Source of the DNA: Pseudothermotoga sp.
GTDB taxonomy: Bacteria > Thermotogota > Thermotogae > Thermotogales > DSM-5069
Assembly: GCA_031962025.1 (NCBI GenBank)
Contig: JAVRKW010000017.1
Direction: 5' to 3' (one strand)
DNA: 10,692 nt
Made by a program: the position numbers and the translations under genes. Numbering within the stretch: position 1 is the first letter of the stretch; every line of letters begins with the position of its first letter. This document shows, piece by piece, positions 1 to 6,867 of this stretch. Below the pieces are notes generated by a model. It did not search any database and was not told where the DNA came from. It was given only the letters and a program-made list of their open reading frames with translations.

Positions 1-90
1 GTGGCTTTTTTGAAGAAATTCTTCAACGATCTGGATTTTGCCAATCTCGTTATACAGAACAGAGGGTGTGTGGATTATGAGAGAACTTGA
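1..90 (+). CDS. 3' end of an upstream gene (partial), possibly a ROK-family regulator by synteny with the Thermotoga chitobiose locus
   Basis: Frame 1 is open from the window edge (VAFLKKFFNDLDFANLVIQNRGCVDYERT*) to TGA 88-90, overlapping the next ATG at 77 as in a coupled operon. Identity is inferred only from gene order. Confidence 0.5.
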   Translation: MAFLKKFFNDLDFANLVIQNRGCVDYERT

Positions 91-1456
91 AAAGCTCTTT
101 TTCTGTGGTGTATCGACTCTCAAAGAGTTTGAGTTTTTATCTGACAAAAACGTAGGTGGTGTTCTTTTATATCCAAAGGTGTTTGAAGACCCATCTCAAT
201 TCATGGAAGTAATTTACCGCCTTCAAAAAAAGCAGATTCTTCTGTCAACGGACCATGAAGGGGGACAGCTTGAGATAATTCCATTTGTCCCACCTTCCCC
301 TGGTAATCTTCTTTTTGGCAGGACCCAGCCATCTTACGTTGAAAGTTACTGTCACATGGCAGGTAAAATCATGAAAAGCCTGGGCATGAACATGGTATTT
401 GCACCTGTTCTGGATCTGCTCTTTTCTAAAACCAGCCCGGTGATAGGGTACAGAAGCTACGGAGAAAATCATAAAACAGTTGCCCAGATGGGAAGTGCAG
501 CGATTAAAGGATACAAATCAGCGGGTATATACTGCTGTGCCAAACACTTTCCGGGTCATGGCAGAAGTCATCAGGACACCCATGAGGATCTGAGCATAGT
601 GAACGATCCTTTGAACGAACTTGAAAAAGAAATTTATCCCTTTGAAGTTGCAATTCAAAACGGTGTAGATTCTATCATGCTTTCCCACGTTGTTTATAAA
701 GCGCTGGACGATAAACCCGCTTCCATCTCTAAAAAGATAATAAAACAGCTTCTCAGAGAACAGTTGAAGTATGATGGTCTGGTACTCAGCGATGCAGTTG
801 AAATGAACGCCCTGTCAGGCAGATACAAACCTTTACAGATTGTCGTTGATTTTTTTAATGCTTCTGGTGATATGTTGATTCTTTCAGATCCAAGAAATCT
901 GAAAACATACCTTGAAACTCTCAAGGATGCTCTGGATCGTGGAAAACTGGATAAATCGTCTGTCGATCAGAGTATTGAAAAAATCAACTTCATGAGTAAG
1001 GAAGTACAAAGCGATATTTGCCAGGTCTTTGAAGCCATTGAAAAAGCCGTGGATTTTTATGTGGAAAAGTCAAAAACTCAATCCATCACTCTTGTATTGC
1101 CTGATTCTGCGCTGTACACAAAAGCAGATGTATCTTCTTCGTACATTTCAGTTATTGAAAAACAGGCAAGAAAGACTTTGAATGCAAAAACAGTTCATTT
1201 CAGCCAGGCTCATTCTCTACCAGAATCTGAGACAATTATAGACCTGATAATAGACGCAACCGAAGAAGAAATCTCTTTGCACAGAAAGCTTTCAGAAAGG
1301 TTCAATGTGATCTATGTGATAACTCGAAATCCGTATCTGGCAAACTACCTTAGAGACAAAAATCACGTTGTCACTTATTCTCTCACACCGCTGGTAATGG
1401 GATGGGTTTTCAGAAGATTGTCACAAATCTTAAAAGGGGGTGAGTTTGCATGTTGA
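77..1456 (+). CDS. nagZ: GH3 beta-N-acetylhexosaminidase (NagZ/CbsA-like) with an extra C-terminal domain
   Basis: Motifs STDHEGG, FAPVLD, YRSYG, KHFPGHGRSHQDTH (NagZ signature with catalytic His/Asp) and LSDAVEM (nucleophile Asp). ATG 77 follows SD-like GAGGGTG (62-68) and is preferred over TTG 38. No signal peptide. Confidence 0.9.
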   Translation: MRELEKLFFCGVSTLKEFEFLSDKNVGGVLLYPKVFEDPSQFMEVIYRLQKKQILLSTDHEGGQLEIIPFVPPSPGNLLFGRTQPSYVESYCHMAGKIMKSLGMNMVFAPVLDLLFSKTSPVIGYRSYGENHKTVAQMGSAAIKGYKSAGIYCCAKHFPGHGRSHQDTHEDLSIVNDPLNELEKEIYPFEVAIQNGVDSIMLSHVVYKALDDKPASISKKIIKQLLREQLKYDGLVLSDAVEMNALSGRYKPLQIVVDFFNASGDMLILSDPRNLKTYLETLKDALDRGKLDKSSVDQSIEKINFMSKEVQSDICQVFEAIEKAVDFYVEKSKTQSITLVLPDSALYTKADVSSSYISVIEKQARKTLNAKTVHFSQAHSLPESETIIDLIIDATEEEISLHRKLSERFNVIYVITRNPYLANYLRDKNHVVTYSLTPLVMGWVFRRLSQILKGGEFAC

Positions 1457-2661
1457 GGAAAATCTTTCTCGCAGTCCTGTCAGTTGCTGTGATCCTGAGT
1501 TTTGCAAAAACCAAAATTGTTTTCTGGCAGTTCATGATGGATGATGCCCTGGCAAAAGAAGTCCTCAGTGGTTTTTCAAAGGAATTTCCTGATATTGAAG
1601 TTGAGGTTGTCCAGCTTTCTTGGTCCAATGGTTTTGACAAGATAGTCACTGCCATAGCAGCCGGTGCGGCACCGGATGTGGTCGAGCTTGGGAATACTTG
1701 GGTGGCGAGCTTCGCTTCGCAGGGTGTTCTTCTGGAGGTTGGTAAAGAAGATCTCGAAAAGTACAGAAATTTCCCCGGTATGAACAGCGCTGAATACAAA
1801 GGCAAATACTATGGATATCCATGGCTGCTTGGCACTCGAGCGATGTTTTACAACGTTGATCTGATGATTAAAGCTGGTCTTGATCCGGACAATCCTCCAC
1901 AAACATGGTCTGAACTGCTCAACGCTGTCAAGAAAATATCGACTTTAACAGGTGTCTATGGAATAGGACTGCCGGCGGGAGAAGTCTACAGCCCGTGGCA
2001 GGAATGGTTCCTGCTTGCCATCTGGGGTAATGGCGGAGATGTTCTGTCAAAAGATCTGAAAACCGCTGTGCTCAACTCAAAACAGAATAAACAGACGGCA
2101 CAGTTCTATCAGGAACTCTCAAGGTATGCGCTCAAAAGTAAGCAAAAAGATCTCGGGGAAGCATTCGGAGAAGGTAGGGTCGGTTTTCTTGTGAGTGGTG
2201 CCTGGTCAATAGGAACGCTTGCACAATCTTACCCAAATCTGAATTACGGCGTCTGCCTGATACCAAAACCTGATAGCCCAGATGGTATTCATGCATCTTT
2301 CCTCGGTGGTGAAATATTAGCTATCCCGAAACAGACAAAAAATCTGGATGCCGCAACAAAATTGATAAATTATCTCATGAGACCAGAAGTTGCTATGATA
2401 ATCACAAAGCATTATCCAGGAGTCTACCCGGCAGACCCAAGAGCTGGTTCAGATCCATGGTTCAAAGACAATCCACTGCATTCGGTTTTCTTTGAACAGC
2501 TCAAGACGGCTTTCCCGGTACCTCCAACACCAGCCTGGCCAAAGATAGAGGACATACTGACAAATCTGGTCGATGATCTGATTGTACAGTACAAGAATGT
2601 TGATGAAGTTCTTGAATACTACAACAAAGAAATTCAAAATGTACTTGATCAGGTCAAATAG
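1450..2661 (+). CDS. Sugar ABC transporter substrate-binding protein (CUT1 family)
   Basis: Signal peptide MLRKIFLAVLSVAVILSFA without a lipobox; motifs AAGAAPDVV, GKYYGYPW, FYNVDL, PPQTWSEL, GGEILAIP. SD AGGGGGTG at 1435-1442; overlaps the GH3 stop. Confidence 0.93.
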   Translation: MLRKIFLAVLSVAVILSFAKTKIVFWQFMMDDALAKEVLSGFSKEFPDIEVEVVQLSWSNGFDKIVTAIAAGAAPDVVELGNTWVASFASQGVLLEVGKEDLEKYRNFPGMNSAEYKGKYYGYPWLLGTRAMFYNVDLMIKAGLDPDNPPQTWSELLNAVKKISTLTGVYGIGLPAGEVYSPWQEWFLLAIWGNGGDVLSKDLKTAVLNSKQNKQTAQFYQELSRYALKSKQKDLGEAFGEGRVGFLVSGAWSIGTLAQSYPNLNYGVCLIPKPDSPDGIHASFLGGEILAIPKQTKNLDAATKLINYLMRPEVAMIITKHYPGVYPADPRAGSDPWFKDNPLHSVFFEQLKTAFPVPPTPAWPKIEDILTNLVDDLIVQYKNVDEVLEYYNKEIQNVLDQVK

Positions 2662-2668
2662 CAAAAAG

Positions 2669-2691
2669 GCGGGGATTTCTATCCCCGCTTT
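2669..2691 (+). terminator. Intercistronic stem-loop (mRNA stabiliser or partial terminator) after the binding-protein gene
   Basis: GCGGGGAT-ttct-ATCCCCGC perfect 8-bp stem followed by only TTT, between the SBP stop (2661) and the permease RBS. Confidence 0.75.
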
Positions 2692-2706
2692 GCTGGAGTG
2701 AAAAAA

Positions 2707-3576
2707 ATGAGAAAAAGACAGAAAGTGACGGTCTTGCTCTTTTTGCTACCATGGATTGTCAGTTTCAGTATTTTCACAGTTTATCCACTTTTTTTCTCTA
2801 TATTTGTGAGCTTTACAAATTACACTGGATTGAAACCATCGATGGAGTTCGTCGGTTCAAATAATTATACAAGAGCTTTCCAGGACAGAGTATTTCTCAC
2901 AGCCCTTGGAAATACTTTTGTTTTTGTTTTAATAACAGTTCCGATCACGACTTTGATCTCTCTGTTTCTGGGTATACTTTTAACCAGCGGCATAAAATTC
3001 AAAAGGATTTTTCAGGCTGGATATTTTCTACCTTCAGTGATCTCAATGGTTGTGATTTCAATGGTGTGGCTTTATATTTACAGTGCCACAGGTCCACTGA
3101 ATCTGTTTTTGAATAAACTGGGATTTGATGTACCCACAAGAAGCTGGCTTGCATCTTCAAAAACTGCTCTTGGCTCGATCATGGTTATGGATATATGGTC
3201 TGCACTGGGCTATTATACAGTCCTGTTTGTGGCAGGACTTCAGAGCATTCCAGTACAGCTTTATGAAGCAGCCAGGATAGACGGAGCCACAAAATGGCAG
3301 ATGATAAAAAAGATCACACTGCCCCTTTTGAAACCAACCGTGCTGTTTGTCATATCCATAAATTCGATAAGATCCTTCCAAATCTTCACAGAAATTTTCA
3401 CACTCACAGGCGGTGGTCCAGCAAATTCAACACAGACCATAGTTCATTATCTGTACGATGTTTCCTTCAGAAAATTCGAAATGGGTTATGGTTCAGCGAT
3501 TGCCTATATATTGTTTTTAATTGTCATGACCGTCACTTTTGTTCAAAGAAAACTGTTAAAGGGTGAGCAGATGTGA
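2707..3576 (+). CDS. Sugar ABC transporter permease (MalF/UgpA-like)
   Basis: Multiple hydrophobic segments, FLPSVIS and EAA loop LYEAARIDGA, GGGPANST. ATG 2707 has GGAG at 2695-2698 and is preferred over GTG 2698. Confidence 0.93.
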   Translation: MRKRQKVTVLLFLLPWIVSFSIFTVYPLFFSIFVSFTNYTGLKPSMEFVGSNNYTRAFQDRVFLTALGNTFVFVLITVPITTLISLFLGILLTSGIKFKRIFQAGYFLPSVISMVVISMVWLYIYSATGPLNLFLNKLGFDVPTRSWLASSKTALGSIMVMDIWSALGYYTVLFVAGLQSIPVQLYEAARIDGATKWQMIKKITLPLLKPTVLFVISINSIRSFQIFTEIFTLTGGGPANSTQTIVHYLYDVSFRKFEMGYGSAIAYILFLIVMTVTFVQRKLLKGEQM

Positions 3577-4787
3577 AGGCTCTTATATATTCGATTTTAA
3601 TTCTTTTTCTGATTCTTTCACTTTTACCGACTTTCATGATGCTTGTCACATCTTTTGTTCCAGAAGGAGATCTTTTCAACAGGACTGTCTTCAAAACCGT
3701 GGCAGATTTTGAAGTACCAAAGTCTGTGCTGCTCAACAGAGTCAGACCTTTGAACACGACACTTGAACTTGTAAAAGAACAGACGAACACTTTTTTAAGA
3801 ATAGAGGCTAAAGGCGATTTTTCAGGTATAGCACCGTCTCTGGGCTCTTCAGATATAAATAGGATAAAATACGTTCAATTTTGTATCAGAAACGACAAAC
3901 CAGTTCTGATGAAAGTTGGTTTCAAAGATATAAAAGACAAAATAGAGTACTTCGCACAAAAAGAGCTTTATCCCAACTCAAGCTGGCAGACGGTGAAGTT
4001 TCAACTGGATGCAAGAAAGCTCGCAATAGACACCCTGCACATCTCACAATTGAGAATTGAAATTGCAGGTGAAGGTTATGTTGATATAGATAATGTGGTT
4101 TTCATCAACAAATATCCGACCTTTTACAACTTTGCCAAAGTTCTCAGAGAAGATTATTTTGCACGGTATCTGCTCAACAGTGCCATAATTTCCATCAGTT
4201 CAGTACTTGGAAATATTTTTTTCTGCTCGCTGGTGGCTTATGTCTTTGCAAGAAAAGACTTCAGGTTAAAAGAACTACTTTTTTCATTCATACTCGGTAC
4301 GATGATGATTCCGCCACAGGTTACGATCATTCCCACATTCATATTGATGAAAAAATTCGGGCTGATAGATACCTACTGGGCTTTAATACTACCAAATCTG
4401 GTAACGCCCTTTGGTATTTTTTTGATGAGACAGTACATTGAACAAATTCCTTCTGAATTGGACAAAGCCGCATTGGTGGACGGTGCAAATGATTTTCAGA
4501 TTTTCTGGCACATTCTGCTACCACTCAGTAAACCAGCTCTTGCAGTGCTTGGTATCAACACATTTGTGTTAACCTGGAACGACGTGTTTTATCCACTGAT
4601 ACTCACAACATCTCGAGAAATGAGAACTGTACAGATAGGTTTAGCACTCTATCAGAAATTGAATGTCTTCACCTGGCCCACCCTGATGGCTGCCTCAACA
4701 ATTGCCGGTATACCCATAATCATCGCTTTTCTGATCTTCGAAAAAAAGATCATTTCGGGCATCATCGAAGGAGCCATAAAAAGCTGA
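3573..4787 (+). CDS. Sugar ABC transporter permease (MalG/UgpE-like) with an inserted extracytoplasmic domain
   Basis: GTGA overlap with the upstream stop; motifs YLLNS, AYVFAR, MMIPPQV, EAA-loop variant ELDKAALVDGA, WNDVFYP. At 404 aa it is ~130 aa longer than usual owing to a soluble insert after TM1. Confidence 0.92.
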   Translation: MKALIYSILILFLILSLLPTFMMLVTSFVPEGDLFNRTVFKTVADFEVPKSVLLNRVRPLNTTLELVKEQTNTFLRIEAKGDFSGIAPSLGSSDINRIKYVQFCIRNDKPVLMKVGFKDIKDKIEYFAQKELYPNSSWQTVKFQLDARKLAIDTLHISQLRIEIAGEGYVDIDNVVFINKYPTFYNFAKVLREDYFARYLLNSAIISISSVLGNIFFCSLVAYVFARKDFRLKELLFSFILGTMMIPPQVTIIPTFILMKKFGLIDTYWALILPNLVTPFGIFLMRQYIEQIPSELDKAALVDGANDFQIFWHILLPLSKPALAVLGINTFVLTWNDVFYPLILTTSREMRTVQIGLALYQKLNVFTWPTLMAASTIAGIPIIIAFLIFEKKIISGIIEGAIKS

Positions 4788-4803
4788 CCGATCGTTGAAA
4801 TAA

Positions 4804-4832
4804 TTCCAATTTTTCACAATTTATGCTACAAT
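4804..4832 (+). promoter_or_regulatory. Putative extended -10 sigma70 promoter of the b5-repeat gene
   Basis: TGcTACAAT at 4824-4832, weak -35 TTCCAA (4804-4809) at 17-bp spacing, followed by SD AGGAGGT (4841-4847). Confidence 0.55.
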
Positions 4833-4853
4833 AAAAACAAAGGAGGTGCTCTT

Positions 4854-5773
4854 ATGAAAAAAAAATCCTACTCGTTGCTGTTATTCTGCCTGCATTACTG
4901 GCAGTTGCTCAGATAAATCTTCGCAGTTTTGATATAACCAAATTCACAGGTGACATCACGTTGGTAAGCTTTCAAAGATTTCTCCAGACGGACGAATACG
5001 TTTCAGTCGAAGGCAATGTTTACAAAATCAATGCAAACAAGAAATTCCTGACAAGTTCTGAAATCAGTCCAGAACTTTTGACGAATGATAGATTTGTCGG
5101 CCTTTTGGCTTTGAACGTCGATGAATTTTCATCTTATAATGGCAAGGCTCTTGTAGCGGTTAATGGAATCATTTACGATGTTTCCAGTTCTTCATACTGG
5201 AAAAAAGGGATTCATCAGAACAAACACAAAGCAGGTGAAGAGCTCACTTATGAGATCCTGAAACTATCTCCTCATGGTGTGAAATTGCTCGAACGAGTCG
5301 TACCTTTTGCACTTCTTGTATTCACTCCTGATCAACTGGCAAAATTCGATGGTAAAGCCAAGAACAAAGCCTATGTTTCTGCCTTTGGTGTTGTGTATGA
5401 TATGAGCAAATCCAAAACTTTGAAAGATGGTTCACATTATGGATATCCAGCCGGTAATGAACTCACCTTTGAGATAAAACAGCAACCAGGTCATGAAAAT
5501 ATGCTATCGAGGATCTATCCAATAGGTCTTCTGGTGTTTGATGAAAAAAATCTTGCCAGATTCGATGGGAAATCTGTTCTAACATTCGGTAAAACTAAGA
5601 TATATAAGGCTTTCATCAAAGTTGAAAACATCATCTACGATGTCACAAGTACTGATTGGCAAGAGAAATTGAAACTCGATCCAAGCGCAGCGGCTGGAAA
5701 AGACTACACCTCTGATCATGGCGATATAGATGCTCTCAAACAGTTCACCAAGGTTGGCTTTGGAATTATTTGA
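4854..5773 (+). CDS. Secreted tandem cytochrome b5-like heme/steroid-binding repeat protein, frameshifted at an A9 tract (4857-4865)
   Basis: Strong SD and ATG 4854 read in frame give only 20 aa (TAA 4914-4916). A -1 shift gives MKKKILLVAVILPALLAVAQ... continuous with ORF 4961-5773. Repeated motifs F..(D/E).LAKFDGK, V.V.G.(I/V)YDV, G.H and AG.(E/D)LT resemble the bacterial b5-like family (COG4892-like). Confidence 0.8.
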
Positions 5774-5858
5774 CTGATGCCTCTTTTGTCCCTTTCAAAT
5801 ACCTGCGTTGAAAATCAGTTAAAATAGTATCAGTCTTTGACAAAAATATCCGTGATTG

Positions 5859-5893
5859 AAAATAAAAGAGGAGCCTGTTTGCACAGGCTCCTC
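5859..5893 (-). terminator. Rho-independent terminator, minus strand
   Basis: Perfect 11-bp stem GAGGAGCCTGT (5868-5878) / ACAGGCTCCTC (5883-5893) with a 4-nt loop. The U-tail UUUUAUUUU exists only on the minus strand (5867-5859). Confidence 0.85.
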
Positions 5894-5938
5894 AGGCAGC
5901 TTGGTTCCATCCAAGGGGGGATAGGGGGGTCGCTGTCC
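5860..5938 (-). ncRNA. Candidate ~80-nt C-rich small RNA
   Basis: Lies between a near-consensus promoter and an intrinsic terminator, with no credible ORF. Sequence GGACAGCGACCCCCCUAUCCCCCCUUGGAUGGAACCAAGCUGCCUGAGGAGCCUGUGCAAACAGGCUCCUCUUUU. Confidence 0.65.
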
Positions 5939-5945
5939 AATAGAA

Positions 5946-5974
5946 ATATTAACTCTAAAGTTGTTACATGTCAA
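5946..5974 (-). promoter_or_regulatory. Sigma70 promoter driving the candidate sRNA
   Basis: Minus strand TTGACA (5974-5969), 17-bp spacer, TAATAT (5951-5946); predicted start near 5941-5938. Confidence 0.75.
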
Positions 5975-6027
5975 TGTCTGTAGATTAAATACACATGGAT
6001 ATTGAAGTTTAAAGGAGGCGAAACGGT

Positions 6028-6867
6028 TTGAAAAACAGGATCATAAAAAAATCTAAACTGGCACCACAGGTATACGATTTTGTTGTGGAAAACAAACAGA
6101 TAGCTGCCAGGGCAAAAGCAGGACAATTTATCGTAGTGAGAACTACCGAAAAAGGTGAGCGAATACCACTGACAATAGCAGATATCTATCAAGACAGTTT
6201 TCGCATGGTTGTAAGGGCTGTTGGGAAAACAACCTATGAACTGTGTATGATGAACGAGAATGATTATCTGGCAGATGTCACAGGACCTTTGGGTAATCCA
6301 AGTGAGATAGAATATTTTGGTAATGTCATGCTGATCGGTGGTGGAGTCGGAATAGCGACACTTCTGCCTATCGCAAAAGAATTAAAAAGACATGACAACA
6401 GGTTGTTTGTTGTTCTGGGTGGACGCAGTAAAGAATACGTGATAATGCTCGATGAATTTGAAAAAATCGCCGATGAGTTGATCGTGACAACAGATGATGG
6501 TTCATACGGCATAAAAGGTGTCGTCACAGACGGCATGAATCTGGTTTTGAACAGAACAAAGATAGATGTCGCCTGGGCTGTTGGACCAACTGTGATGATG
6601 AAATTCTGCAGTCTCAAAGCAAAAGAAATGGGATTGAAGATATGGGTGTCTTTGAACCCGATCATGGTGGATGGAACCGGTATGTGTGGTGCGTGCAGGG
6701 TTACAGTGGATGGTCAAATGAAGTTTGCGTGTGTGGATGGTCCAGAGTTCGACGGCACAAAGGTTGATTGGGATGAACTGCTTATAAGGTTGGCTCAATA
6801 CCGTGAGGAAGAAGAACTGAGTTTGAAGAAATTCAAAGAAAGTGTGGGTGATCTTTCGTGGCTATAA
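6028..6867 (+). CDS. nfnA: NADH-dependent reduced ferredoxin:NADP+ oxidoreductase small subunit (NfnA/SudB-like)
   Basis: FAD motif ERIPLT, GPLG, NAD motif GGGVG, TDDGS, [2Fe-2S] motif DGTGMCGACR...CVDGPEF. TTG start with SD AAAGGAGG at 6011-6018. Confidence 0.92.
   Translation: MKNRIIKKSKLAPQVYDFVVENKQIAARAKAGQFIVVRTTEKGERIPLTIADIYQDSFRMVVRAVGKTTYELCMMNENDYLADVTGPLGNPSEIEYFGNVMLIGGGVGIATLLPIAKELKRHDNRLFVVLGGRSKEYVIMLDEFEKIADELIVTTDDGSYGIKGVVTDGMNLVLNRTKIDVAWAVGPTVMMKFCSLKAKEMGLKIWVSLNPIMVDGTGMCGACRVTVDGQMKFACVDGPEFDGTKVDWDELLIRLAQYREEEELSLKKFKESVGDLSWL

Noticed and set aside
38..76. TTG start at 38 for the GH3 gene
   Set aside because: It lies inside the upstream gene's tail; ATG 77 has an SD and a short coupled overlap.
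4802..4819. Rex operator (TTGTGAA-N4-TTCACAA)
   Set aside because: Only the right half-site TTCACAA matches; no full site was seen upstream of nfnA either.
4798..5771. 12-bp inverted repeat AAATAATTCCAA (4798-4809) / TTGGAATTATTT (5760-5771) bracketing the b5 gene, suggesting an invertible or mobile segment
   Set aside because: AT-rich 12-mers like this are expected by chance in 10 kb; there is no recombinase, transposase or target duplication, and one copy is coding.
5860..5940. tRNA, SRP RNA, known riboswitch, CRISPR repeat or type I toxin-antitoxin pair
   Set aside because: No cloverleaf or T-loop, no SRP domain IV motif, no aptamer consensus I recognise, no repeat array and no small hydrophobic ORF opposite.
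5971..6192. 73-aa minus-strand ORF as the user of the 5859-5893 terminator
   Set aside because: It is an antisense shadow of nfnA with no SD or protein-like features.
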